Source: Callorhinchus milii (taxonomy: Eukaryota). Taken from it: DNA of 64,000 nucleotides. Position numbers and translations under genes: made by a program. The notes below the pieces were generated by a model that saw nothing but the letters and a program-made list of their open reading frames with translations, did no database searches and had not been told where the DNA came from. The stretch covers positions 112,470,001 to 112,534,000 of the forward strand of contig NW_024704742.1 in assembly GCF_018977255.1 (NCBI RefSeq), in the 5' to 3' direction. How positions within the stretch are numbered: the stretch's first letter is position 1; the number at the start of each line of letters is the position of its first letter. Positions 23,625 to 35,838 of this stretch are shown here, piece after piece.

Positions 23625-23997
23625 AAGATCTCCATGATCTCCTAACCACCTACCAACCTGTCCGCTCCTTAGACTTAGTGGACCCTGGCCTGCTTCACGT
23701 CCCTCACCTTGACTGCCCCACCATTGGCAGGCGGTGCTTCAGCCCCTCTGCCCCCACCCTCTGGAACTCTATCCCACAATCCCTCTGCCTCGTCACCTCC
23801 CCATCCTCCTTCAAGATCCCTCTCAAGACCCTCCTCTTCGACCGTACCTTCAATCACCCTCCTACTCCTACCCTTCCCACCCTCCTCCTCTCCTGATCCA
23901 AACCACCAGCTCAGGTGCAAATGGTCCAGCGCCTGGGGACGTCCTCCTAACGTGAAAGGTGCTATACAAATTCAATTTGTTGTTGTTGTTGTTGTTA
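23625..23997 (+). mobile_element. L2 3' fragment
   Basis: Translates IGRRCFSPSAPTLWNSIP..LKTLLF, followed by the stem-loop and (ttg)n tail. Confidence 0.92.
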
Positions 23998-24034
23998 TTC
24001 CCTATTGTAATTCCTTGACATGATTTGCAGAGCT

Positions 24035-24359
24035 TAATAATAATAATAATAATAATCCTTGCATTTAATATAGCGCTTTTCACGTCGGGAGGACGTCCCA
24101 AAGCGCTTCACAGAATACACTGTAAAGTGAACTGACTGTATATTTGTGGGCAAACGCGGCAGCCAATTGCGCACAGCAATGTCCCACAAACAGTTGTAGA
24201 TTGAAAATGACCAATTTTATTATTGTTTTTGGTTTTGGAGGGATTATCATTAGGCGTGTGGAGTAAGGAAACTTGCCCAAGGTTTCGCCTGCCTGGAATT
24301 AAACTCAGGTCTCTCGCTTGCAAAGCGAGTGCTCTAACCACTGAGCTACAGGACTCCAC
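24035..24359 (-). mobile_element. Young SINE subfamily A, full length
   Basis: Complete head to (tta)n tail, near-identical to 47285-47602. Confidence 0.96.
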
Positions 24360-24551
24360 TTGTATAATACACATGCACTTGCACCACAACTTGCAAATTA
24401 GACCCCAATTATATATTATAGAGTACTGGCACATTGTGGAAATCCTTAAAAAACAACACTTTTATTTTGAAGGAATGGCTCTTATCCTAAACCTGTTACT
24501 ATGAAGTACAGTATTACTTCTGTACTTTAATAAAAGGTTGGCTCAGAATAT

Positions 24552-25275
24552 AACAACAACTTGCATTTATATAGCATCCTTCACGCTGGATAGCGTCTTG
24601 GAGCACTTAATAGTGGCGGAGCCCGATGCTGAGTCAGCGGGAGGGACAAGGTGACCATAGTCTCAGTCAAAGAAGAAGGTCTTCAAGCGTGACCTGAAAA
24701 TGGGAGAGAAAGGACAAGGCGAAGGAATTCAGGGAGAGAGTTCCACAGCTTTGGGCCATAGTGGCCGAAAGCACACCTCCGATGGTGGGGCGGAAGGTTT
24801 GGGGACAAGGAGGAGGCTGGAGCCAGTTGAGCGGCGGCAGCGGAGGTAGTAATGTAGGTTGGAGAGATAGGGGGTTACCAGGATGTGAAGGGATTTAAAC
24901 ATAAGAGTGAGGATCTTGAAATCAATTCACTCTGTGACAAACAGCCAATGGAGTTTGACAAGGACTAGGATAACAGAGGGACGGAATTTGGTGCACGTGA
25001 GATTGTGGGCGTCGGAGTTTTGATTTAATTGAATTTTATGAATAGTGGAACAGGGGAGATCAGCGAGGAGGGCATTTAAGTAGTCGAGGCAGGAGGTGAC
25101 GAAGACATGGACGAGGGTTTTGGCAGCTTTTGGAGTGAAGTACAGATGGAGGCCGAGCAATATGGCGGAGGTGGAGGAAAGCGATCCTGGCCAGGGACTG
25201 GATTTGGGGTACAAAGGATAGCTGTCGGTTACACCTGACACCTAAGTTGCGCACGGTTTCAGTGAGTCTTTGGGA
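24552..25275 (-). mobile_element. L2 3' fragment
   Basis: Translates AKTLVHVFVTSCLDYLNALL and VRNLGV, with a (caa)n tail at 24552. Confidence 0.92.
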
Positions 25276-26721
25276 GAGATCCCATCAATGGGAAAATCAG
25301 GGACATTGTGTATTTAAATTGCATGATTCACAAAGGACTTGCAAAAAGCGAATCCTGGATATGTTTCCTTTGATTCTCTGGGGCTCTGCTTTGACACAAA
25401 TTTCACAAGATCACAAAAGTTCATGGAAATCAAAACGAAGATCAGTGTTTGAGTGAAATTCCAGAGGGTCATCCATGTCATATCTGCAATTTGCTATTTA
25501 TAAGTCTTTTTGCACATCTCATAAATTAGACCCCATTGTTAATTTTGTAATGCAGAAATGGTGGAGTAAAAATTTAGATAGTTTTAGAGATTCATACAAT
25601 TACAATACAATTAAGATTTATAAAGCATATTTCACATTGGGAGGACATTTCAAAGCAATTAAAATATGTCTGGACACCCAAGTTGGGGATGGAAGTCAAA
25701 GGACTTGGGTAGGGGAAAGATGAGGGGAAAGGCGAAGGAAGAGAAAGTACGGTCAAATACTTATGTCTTGAGGTTGACATTTTCAACATTGTAGCATTCC
25801 CCACCACTGCACTGGAGTGTTGGTCTAGAACATGAGCTCAAGCCCTGATGGGATTGAACTCATAACCTTCAGACCCAGAAAGGAGTTTGCTACCAACTCA
25901 ATTGAGCTGAAATCAGTCACACAATATATGAGCAATAAATCAAGAATATTTTACTAAAATTGATGAGATGAGAGTGGAGAATGACCCATTCAGGTATTTA
26001 CCAAGGATCAGGAGAAAATTCAGATATTTACAGATTTTAATTAGTTGCATTTTAATGGAGCAGATAATGATTATTTTAACATCAAACCACCAGCCTTTTG
26101 TAAAGAACAATAAAATAACACAACAACAACAAGAATTTGTATTTATATTGTGTCCTTCATGCACGGCAGCATCCAAAGCACTTGAAAGTTGGAATATAAA
26201 GTATTTTATGCTTTTCCATAAATAATTAGTTCCGTAAAAACTCTTGTATTAAAAATGACAGCTGCATTTTGTAACATGAAAACACACTACTCCTCTCATG
26301 AGATATTTTCGTCCCTTGGCCATGAATCATTACTCATTGAAGCAGTCCATCCAGCTTTAAATGACATTAGCAGCAAATGAAGGAAAGTTAAGATGACAGT
26401 CAGTTCCCAGTGGATGGGTGAGTGGTGTCCGTGGAGAGCGTAAAAATCCTTTCTTAGTGTTTGGAAAGTGGCTTTTCACAAATTTCTACCCAAAATAGGA
26501 TTGCAGTACATATCTATGCATGAGTTATATAAATCCACAATGATCTTGGACCAAGCCTTAAATCTCAGATTAGATTACAATCAGCAAAAGCACATTGTCA
26601 GCATAGTACTAGATGCACCAGAAGCAGCTACATATAGCTACAGAATCTGATTGGTTTGATAAACCGCACCTCAACTCTATGGGAAAAAGGCTTACAGAAA
26701 TTTACATCTGACAATTTATAA

Positions 26722-27055
26722 TAAGAATATTCCTTGCATTTTGATAAAACCTTTATAAAAATCAAAACATTTCAAATCGCTTCACATGCAATTAATACCA
26801 AAAGTAGTGGCTATATTTGCAGCAAATGTGGCAGCCAATTTTTTCACAGCAATGAACCATGAATTTAATGATAAATTTATCTGGATAATTGTTGATTAGG
26901 ACACCAGGAGAAACTCCCTTCCCTTTTCAAATAGTAACGTGGATTCTTTAATGTCCACCTGAACAGGCAGACAGAACCTTGGTTTAATGTCTCATCCAAA
27001 GGACATCACCTCTAACAGTACGGCACTCCCTCAGTATTGCACTAAAGGACCAGCT
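26722..27055 (-). mobile_element. Old Deu-SINE
   Basis: gtggcagccaattt, ggacaccaggagaaactcc, ccacctgaacaggcagac, gcactccctcagta. Confidence 0.8.
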
Positions 27056-27147
27056 TGCAAATAAAGTAGTCTGGGAGTATACCTAGCAGAATCTTGTTAG
27101 GATCAATTTGTTTGAGTGAGTGGTAGTGTGTGGGGCCATTTAATTCG

Positions 27148-27254
27148 GAAGAGTATCTGATGAGGGGTCATGGACCCGAAACATTGATTCACTTTCCTTT
27201 CCATAGATGCTGCCTGACCTGCTGAGTGTTTCCAACGACTTCTGGTTTTGTTTC
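27148..27254 (+). ncRNA. Penelope-type short element with a hammerhead ribozyme core (degenerate)
   Basis: CTGATGA-g-GGGTC-atg-GACCC-GAAA-caTT (27157-27185), then catagatgctgcctgacctgctgagtgtt. Paralogue at 52662. Confidence 0.75.
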
Positions 27255-27294
27255 TTATGAAGATGGGTTTGGTCAACAATGATAACGATCAGTA

Positions 27295-27624
27295 ATGATG
27301 TGCCTTCGAGATATCTCAAAGCACTTCACAGAATATACTGTAAAGTGAACTGATTGTATGTTTTGTGGACAAGACATGTCAGCCAATTGTGCACAGCAGT
27401 GTCCTACCAACATTGGTGGATTGAGTGACCACATTTTTTTATAGTGATTATTACTCAGGAAAAGCGATCCGCCAATCAACTAACAAGTTGGTACCTACTT
27501 ATTGCTCAGTAAACAGGTGTGTGGAGTAAGGAAACTTGCCTAAGGTTTCATCCTGCCTGGAATCGAACCCAGGTCATCTCGCTTGCGAGGCGAGTGCTTT
27601 AACCACTGAGTCACAGGACTCCAC
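27295..27624 (-). mobile_element. SINE long subfamily B, near full length
   Basis: Reverse-complement head ctgagtcacaggactccac, CORE-like block, Deu-like block. Confidence 0.9.
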
Positions 27625-27926
27625 TCCAAATCTTCTGACAGTAAAGCTGTAAGGAGACATATTTTGATCTAACCACTTAAAACTAGTTAGAGTGCAAAAA
27701 ACATCTTTTCTTCCAGCTCAAGTTCCCCTTTATGGTGTACTTGTTGTCATTAGTGCTATCTTCTTGGCAGTTGAAATGTTCCAAAACAAAGTGAATCATG
27801 CATAGTGTCAAATATGCACAAGTCTTGTATCAAGCTGCGACGGTTTTCATCCCTTAATATATACCTACATTATGTAAAGCCTACGGTATAGATTCTTCTC
27901 TGCAAGTTCCCTTTCTGAGTTAAACA

Positions 27927-27974
27927 ACAACAACTTGCACTTATATAGTGCCCTATATAAATGCAAGTTGTTGT
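27927..27974. repeat. 22-bp inverted repeat made of two L2 tails
   Basis: acaacaacttgcacttatatag-tgcc-ctatataaatgcaagttgttgt (1 mismatch). Confidence 0.9.
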
Positions 27975-27984
27975 AATGTTTTAG

Positions 27985-28200
27985 TAACTGTATATTTTGT
28001 AGGCAACGTGGCAACCACTTTTACATTCTGCATTGTTGCATAAACAGCCATGAATTGAATGACCAATGACCAGGACACTGGAAGAAACTCCCTTTTTTTT
28101 GAATACTGCCATAGGATCTTTAATGTCCATCTGAACAGACAGCCAGGACTTTGGTTTAACATCTGATCCGAAGGACAGCACCTCCAACAATGCAGCATAC
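27985..28200 (-). mobile_element. Old Deu-SINE fragment
   Basis: gaccaggacactggaagaaactcc...ggatctttaatgtccatctgaacag...ccgaaggacagcacctcc. Confidence 0.8.
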
Positions 28201-29159
28201 CGCAGCAAAGCATTAAATTTGAACTGTCAGAAATGGTTGTTTTGCTAAAATGATTAGCACATTGTAAGTTTGCACCAAGAACTGCATAAAGAGGCAGACT
28301 TCTCAGTGATCAGGTAGAATTTCATTATGCTTAATATATATATTATATCTAAGCACTTTGAGATGTCGCGAAGACTTGATAAGGTGCTATATCAATTGCA
28401 AGGATTATTATTATATATTCTTGAAAGAGTTGTTTGCTGCAATGAATACTGGAGAGTATGAATCAGGTTCAGTGTATTCCTTAGCAGGAAATCACATTAG
28501 AAATATCGTAGATCATTGGGATTTCTGCTCCAGAAGAAGAAAGGATCAGAGTGGGGTTGAATTACTTTCCTGTAAAGCTGAGATGCATGTTATCAAAGAC
28601 CTCCAAATTGTGTAACTTAGATTCTTTATCAAGGAATCCCTTGAAAAATGTTGCAATGTAGATCCTGTATTTTATTCCTGTCATCGCTGTCAAATGGAAT
28701 CTCCTCCAAGACAATTATTTTACCACCTGCAAATATCCTATATAGATTTCTAGATAGCACTGAAGAGACACGAAGAAGGTACCATTAATTCTATATGAGG
28801 ATTTTTCAAAATATTTTATTGCACAAAACATGTTTCAGACACTTACATCTCTTACGAACATAAAACTGATTGACAGAATCACTAGAATATAAAAATAGTT
28901 TCATTCATCAGACAAATTAACATTCACTAAAGGTCATGATGAAACATGTATTCAGATAAATAAAGTTAAACAATTATTTTTGTGCTCAACAATTCTTCAC
29001 CTCTTTACAAATGTAATTTTTTGTTGTTCAATGAAGTAAAAACTGTCCTTTTTTAAAAAATCTAGCTCCACTACTACACTCTTAATTATGTAAATAGATT
29101 GTCTCTTACAACTTAGTGCCATCCCATGTACAGTAGGTGATGTGATCACATTACTGTTA

Positions 29160-29450
29160 GATTTTTTTATTGATGATCAAGGCTAGGTCCCGCAAGCCGA
29201 ATTCGACCAAAACGCATTCCACGGATTGGTGAGTCAGGAAGTAGAACCCATTTGTTTAAGATCATCGCTAAAAACATGAGTTATTTTTATTCAAAGGGTT
29301 ATTAGGACCTAGAATTCCCTGCCGAAAATTATGAGTGAAACAGAATGCACAACAGCTATCAAAAGGGAATTTTAAAAAAATTAAAAAAAGAAAAAATAGA
29401 AAAAAATATGGGGAAAGGGCAGAGATAGTTGACTAAACAGATTTCTTTTA
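29160..29450 (+). mobile_element. CR1 3' fragment, old
   Basis: tttttattcaaagggttattaggacctagaattccctgcc...tcaaaagggaatt...tatggggaaagggc. Confidence 0.6.
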
Positions 29451-30221
29451 CCATCTGGGAATAATTATTATCATTACAAATAATTATATTAATAATCCTT
29501 GCATTTGATACAGCTCTTTCACCTCAGAGGGCGATGTCTCAAAGTGCTTCATAGGATTTAACTGTAAAATGTAGCTGAATGGCCTTCTTCTATGCTGTAA
29601 CATTCAAGGATTCTCTGGTGGAACTTAAATCCTGTTGCATTTTAGTGGGATTTCTGGCATATCTCCAATCCTAGTCTTGTCAAAGTCTTCAGACTAAGAG
29701 GTCAGATCCCCAAAGGACTTTATTTATGGATCACTGCAGTTAGTCTACAAATTAATAGAGCTAGTGCATGCATGCATTAAACTGAAGCCTGGCTTTTGAA
29801 TATAGTATTAATAAACAGTATGTGTGCATAGATCCTCTGCTGAGACTTTCTGCACTGATGTGATGGGAATACTGTAAATTTGAAATTTCGCACAGTAAAT
29901 TTGTATTCTTGGGGCCCTGTCCCTGTACATATACAGCAAAAATAAATTGACTGCTAAAATTTGATTTACAGTACCTGTCAATATCACTACACTCACAGGC
30001 AGAAAATTCCTCTCTACTAGGCACTTCTCTCACTGGACTTGATGCTCCTGACTGCTGTGGTGATATTTTGACATCTTTGCTATCATTCAACTCCCTGCTG
30101 TTAATAACTCAGTCTTTGATGTGCTTTCTCCCCTGCGCACAGCTGCACTTGTTGGTGTTCAACAAGGGACTGGAATTGAGATCAGAAGATATTTCTTTGT
30201 ACAGAGTCTTGTGAAAATGCT

Positions 30222-30520
30222 ACCTGTACATGGAAATGTTACCATGTCTGAAATGGAATACGCACTCTCTCCCCATGGGACACACCCTACTTCCCTAATT
30301 GCGGACGGTATTAGGGGCAGGTTGGCAGGAGCCAAGGCTTAGGTACCCCAGAGTGTGCTTTGAGATACTGCGGGAATTTAATCAGCTCAAACTGAATAGC
30401 TTGCCATTCAAATCACTGTCTGGCGAGCTTCCCATTGCTTGTCCAGCTAGGACCACCCTACCACTTAAGAGATTTGGCTTGTAGGGTTAACAGGAACAGA
30501 GTGGAAAGAATCCCTGCCCT
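30222..30520 (-). mobile_element. Family X copy
   Basis: gcttgccattcaaatcactgtctggcgagcttcccattgcttgtccagctaggaccacccta is the reverse complement of about 18987-19048. Confidence 0.85.
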
Positions 30521-32058
30521 TAGAGAGATATGAGAAAATCCAAGGAAATAGGATTAAAAGATCTGCTATGCATCTAACGAACTGGTGGAACAGGCACAAT
30601 GGGCGGAATGGTCTTCTCTTGTTCCTCCAGTGAATCATTTCCTTATGGTGTCAAGTCCATCAAACTGTATGTTATTGCACCACCTTCACTTGTTTGCAAA
30701 CACATAATACAGTGATAGAAATCGTGATAGGATAATTCATTGTCTCATTGTGCTTGACATCTCGACAACGAAATGATGCACATGATCTGTAAGTTATTTT
30801 TAAACTCTTGTTATAAAGTGTAAGCATCTTATGCACCTCTTTGAGATACTGTTGGAACTTAACCGGCTCAAGCTGAATAGCTTGCCATTCAAAGGCATCA
30901 ATCGGCCACCTCTGCCTTCTCTGCACCCTCTTCTTACTTGTCCTTCGTCTCTTTGAGCTCCATCTTTTTGCCAGGATTTATCTTTCGTCCCACCATATAC
31001 ATAAAGCTACCTCATCAGACTACAAGCTCCTGATGACCTAATTAATCCTTTTTGGCCTTAGGACTGTCTATATTATTATCAATCTTTCCCTATTGCCAGG
31101 AACTGTTTCTCCCTCTATCAAAGTGATTGTCAGGGTTCCCTTTCTTAAACGTCCCACCCTTCACCTCTCAGATTTCCCTAACATCAATCTTCCTTTCTTT
31201 ACTAAAGGCCCTATTGGTGTAGTTGTACCCAGCTAAGGCTCATCTCTCTCAGCATTCCCTGGTGGAGTTCCTTTCATTCGGCTTCTGATGTGTCCATAGC
31301 ATTGAGACTCAACTGGATAAAGACACCATTGTGTACACCTGCCTCTCTTTACCCAGAATCTCTCTTGTAATACTCATTGCTGCCTTCAGTGTTATTGAGT
31401 ACCTCCTTTGTTTCTTCTCCATGGTACTGTACTCTTGTGATTCCACCTGTCCCATTGCCAGCATTGCATCTCCTCCAACCATTTTCTCTCACATACCTGA
31501 TGCCATCTGGTCCTCTGATCTATCCTTGGTTATCACTTATTCCTCCTCTTCATTCTGCCCACAGCAACATCATCCCAAATATAGAGCTAGAATCCATTTG
31601 CCCAAATGATCCTTGCCTTTCCTATGGTATCTGTTACATTGGATCTTCCAAAGTCCTTCATTGTAATTGCTGTCAAGTGTAGTGACTGAGTACTTGTACA
31701 AAAGCAAGGTAGCCAATTTCTGTACAGCAAGGTCCCACACAACCATGAAGTGAATGATCAGTTTATCTGGAGGGTACAATTTGTTAGAAAAAGTGAGACT
31801 TGTAATTACAAGGTTCTGTTGTATATGTTAAATAACATTTAGCTGGAATATTAAACTGCTCCAAGCTCCAAACACAGGTTCAAACAATTTCTGATTGTGT
31901 TAATGCTAATCGAATGTTAATTGTGCTAATGTATTTGATTAACGCACAGGAGCTCAGTTTTCATTTTCTTTGATATGTAATCCACTATAGGTATTTATAT
32001 AGCAAAAGTTCCTTTCAGTGGGTGTAGTCAGAATATCATGTCTGTGTACAAATTGCTT

Positions 32059-32209
32059 AATAATAATAATCCTTGCATTTGATTTAGCTTTCGCCAACAA
32101 AATATACAATCAATTCACTTTACAGTATATTCTGTGAAGCCCTTTGAGACATCTCAATGACACAATAAGACGCTATATCAAATGTAAGGATTATTATCAT
32201 TATTATTAT
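32059..32209. mobile_element. SINE 3' half (+) preceded by an inverted SINE tail (-)
   Basis: taataataatccttgcatttgatttagc ... gctatatcaaatgtaaggattatta. Confidence 0.8.
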
Positions 32210-33571
32210 CAGATGGATGTCAGCACTGCAGGCACTGTGCAATGTGAGACACAATGATATCTCAGGAAAAAAGTAATTAAATTAAGTGAACCAGAAATAA
32301 ACTGTAATAATATTTAACCATCAAAAATATAGAGCTGTTCTTAACTTTTGTACAAATGAGGACTTACATGAAGACTTACATACAGTTAAAGATACAGAAA
32401 TGGTAAGTGACTACTTTCACACTTGTGATAATAATAATAATAATAATCCTTGCATTTGATATAACGCTTTTCACGTCTTCTAGATGTCTCAAAGCGCTTC
32501 ACAGATTGTAAAGTGAATTGACTCTATACTTGTGGGTGTGTGTCTAATTTATTTGAAATGACTTTGGGCAACCTTATGGAATTGATATACAATGTCTATT
32601 TGTCCTACTTTCTATTATAAGATGCTCACAGACTGACCATGTAAACCTGCTCACTCCAGATGTGGCATAATTATTAGTATTAAAATGGGAGAATTAACTT
32701 GGGTTGAACAGGAATGGATTAAGTAAGATAACAAATCCTTAGCCATTGTTTGCTTTTTCCTAAGAAAAGAAAGCTTCAGAAATACATTAACGTTTACATT
32801 TTAAACTAACAGAATACTTATATATATATTATTATAAAAGAATACTTTTAGTTATACTCTTGAGGTGGTGGAACTGGCCTTTGTTTTGGATGCAGATGTA
32901 CTATCTTTATTGCAGCTATGTTGAATGGAATTTGTTGTAACCATCTCAGTATGTATAATATGGCAAAATATTGAGAACATTTTATAATGCATTTATTACT
33001 TCACTGCAAAACCACAGGCGTGAACTTAAAACCACATCCATTGCAGTTGCCCACATAAGTAAAAAAATTAAATGCATTAGATGATGGCTGAATCCAGCTG
33101 TCCATTTACAATAATTTTTTAGCACTTTAACAACAACAACAACAAGATTACATTTGTATGGCGCCTTTCACGTCGGGAGGACATCCCAAGGTTAACAAAG
33201 TAAATGGGATATTAAACTGAATTACAAAGGGTGGGTGGATTGAAAAGTCATGCACAATACAATTCATTTTTAGTTAAGCCCAAATTCTTAATTCTTAAAT
33301 AGCCATCTGGCTATTGACCGAAAGTTTACTCTGGCACAGTCTTCTTGAGAAGTAACAATATAAGTCTCAATATGTCTTAATATATCTAGAACTCCCTCTC
33401 TCTACCTCATCATCCCACCCCTCTCTATCTACCGTTAAATTCTGTCTTAAAGTCTTCAACTGCACCTATAGTCACTTCCCCCTCTATTGCTCGGCATCCG
33501 ACCATGTCATTGTAAATCTCTTTGAGATGGTGTCCTGCATGAAGGGAACTATATAAATGTAAGTTGTTCTG

Positions 33572-34020
33572 TAATAATAATCCTTGGAGAGTATATTTTG
33601 TGGACAATCTCAGCCAATTTGTGCACAGCAATGTTACACAAATAGCCATGAAGTGAGGGATTTATTTATTTTGGAGGATTGTTGGCCGGGAGAAACTCCC
33701 TTCTCTTTTTGAATAGGGCCATGCGATCTTTGCTGTTCATCTGGTCAGATGGGACCTAGGTTTAACATCTCATCTGAAAGACAACACCTCTGTCAATGCA
33801 GTGTTCCTCCAGTATTGCACTGGAATGCCAGCCTTAGACGAGGAGGTCAAAGTCCTGACAGGGAGCTTCAACTTGCAATTTTCTGTCCAGGCAGATGAAA
33901 CCTCGGTTTAACATCTCATCTGAAGGACAGCACCTCTGACAATGCAACAGCACCCCACCACTACATTGGAGTGTCAGCTTAAATAATGTGATTCCATATC
34001 CTGATGTGGGGCTTGAATAT
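33572..34020 (-). mobile_element. Old Deu-SINE with an internally duplicated segment
   Basis: ggtttaacatctcatctgaa.gaca.cacctctg.caatgca occurs twice (about 33759 and 33905). Confidence 0.75.
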
Positions 34021-34832
34021 TTAGCCTTTCACAAAATAATGTAACCTATAAAATGAAATTATGAAGCAAAGTCGAAAAATAATGCAACTCATTTATTTTC
34101 CTCAGAAGAACTATTCAGTGAAACAAGTTCTGCTCTGAATATTCAGCCCTTTTCAATTTTAAATACCATCTAGAGACACACACAGAATTTAGATTTTCTC
34201 AAATCTTCCAACAGCAAAACATATTGGAAATATGAATCTGAATCATAAAATGAATATCTGTAAGATGACATACTGAGCACAACCAAGGATGTTTAGTGAG
34301 TCTGAGGGTAAGGATTATTTAAAATCTATCACACAATTGTTTCTGCAGGAGTAGGGTCAACTAATTGAATTATTCCATGCATTAAACCTGTCACAATAGA
34401 ATCCTTTGTTAACTAGGGCTGTTATCACTGGCTTCCTTCAGTTTTATTTATCACAGCATTGCGATGGTGCTGAGGTAATTCTAATTTACTGTCAATTGGT
34501 TGCAGCTTTTCCTCTAGGGTACCCACATGTCAATGAATCACAGACATCAGTCTGCTTTCTTGTTGGAGAAGCCAGTGTACTGTTTGATTTGACCGTCTTG
34601 TTACCAGGCAGATTCTTCCACAAAAAGATCTGCTAAACATGGGCAGAAAAAAGGAGAGTTCTGGAATTCTGTAACATGAATATAATTGGCATGAACAAAT
34701 CTGGACAGTGGTGCCGGAATTTCACTGTGGATTATGAGTGTTAGGCTCTGAAAGGTTTCAAATATTATAATAGCACCATAGCCAACCAAGCTGTTGACAG
34801 ATTGAGACAGGCCTCATTAACAAGCACAATTG

Positions 34833-34836
<4 letters not shown>

Positions 34837-34866
<30 letters not shown>
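34837..34866. repeat. (TA)n microsatellite
   Basis: Read directly from the sequence. Confidence 0.95.
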
Positions 34867-34868
<2 letters not shown>

Positions 34869-34949
34869 GTGTATGTGCACATTTCATTGGGAAATGATAA
34901 TGCACAAATAGATTATATTTGTGAGACCAGGAGAATGAGGCGAGAAAGG

Positions 34950-35090
34950 GTCCCTCGGAAAAGAGAGTGCACATTCCATTTCAGACACAAGGAAACTTCC
35001 TTGTGTAGATGACATATATGCGTGGAACTGGTTTGGATATTCTTAAGCATGGTGATGGGTTTCTGCATTTGTCAGACACACTGCTCACCA
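34950..35090 (+). mobile_element. Family X partial copy
   Basis: cattccatttcaga...ggtttggatattcttaagcatggtgatgggtttctgcat matches about 19171-19275. Confidence 0.8.
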
Positions 35091-35581
35091 AAAAAAAGCA
35101 AGGGAAGCTAAGGAAGTTTAGTGTATTCATAATACAGGACATGGCACAACTCATCATGATCTCTCAGCCCAATTATTCAGTGCTGCTAACACACATTACT
35201 GACGCCATGCAAGACCATTATCTGGTTGCAGGTCACATACTCATTGAGGTCTATCGTGGTAGCCCCTGCAAAGTGTCCATTTTGTAGGTGAGATGAATAA
35301 TCAAATAAATGAAGACAAGTGCAAAGGTGAGATCAATACAATGCTGTGGACAGTATCCCTTTGAAACAGAGCTGCACCATTGCATGTGTTCCCAGAGATA
35401 GGAGCTATCACAATCCTGAAATGTATAAATGTGCGTGTTTCTTCTCTCAGGAAGAAGACGGTTTGGAGGGGCTTATGGAGGGCTCTGCTTTGACCCTCCA
35501 TTGACAACAGTCCTTTTTTTATCACCCACGAGTTCATAAGCAGTTTGAAGCTGGAGGGATCCTGTCACTAATGAGTATTGC

Positions 35582-35838
35582 GTGTCAGCTTGGCTCAGTT
35601 GGCAGCATTCTCGCCTCTGAATCAGAAGGTTGTGAGTTCAAGCCCCACGTTGGACTTGAATTCACATAGTCTAAGCTGACACTCCAATTTACTGCTGGGG
35701 GTCTGCTCATTGTCAGAGGTGCTGTCCTGTTCAGGTCGGTGTTAAAGATCCCATGGTGCTGTTTGACAAGAGAAGGGAGTTAACCCACAACCTTTTGACT
35801 CAGAGGCAAGAGTGCTACCAAATGAGCCAGGCTGACAC
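35582..35838. mobile_element. Old Deu-SINE 5' part (+) fused to an inverted SINE head (-)
   Basis: 35582-35638 and 35782-35838 are inverted copies of the SINE head (8 mismatches in 57 bp). Confidence 0.8.

Noticed and set aside
29223..29242. Adjacent CCAAT, AP-1 and ETS motifs (attggtgagtcaggaagt)
   Set aside because: They lie within a decayed CR1 fragment, and short motifs alone are not evidence of function.
29761..30090. 109-aa minus-strand ORF (..SPQQSGASSPVREVPSREEF..)
   Set aside because: It has a non-ATG start, a weak donor (AG|gtactg), no recognisable homology and no partner exons. It is not supportable as a CDS, though not excluded.
30910..31670. Pyrimidine-rich stretch with GPDGI on the minus strand suggesting a LINE RT
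   Set aside because: No other RT motifs are in register and all minus-strand frames I read are broken, so it is left unassigned.
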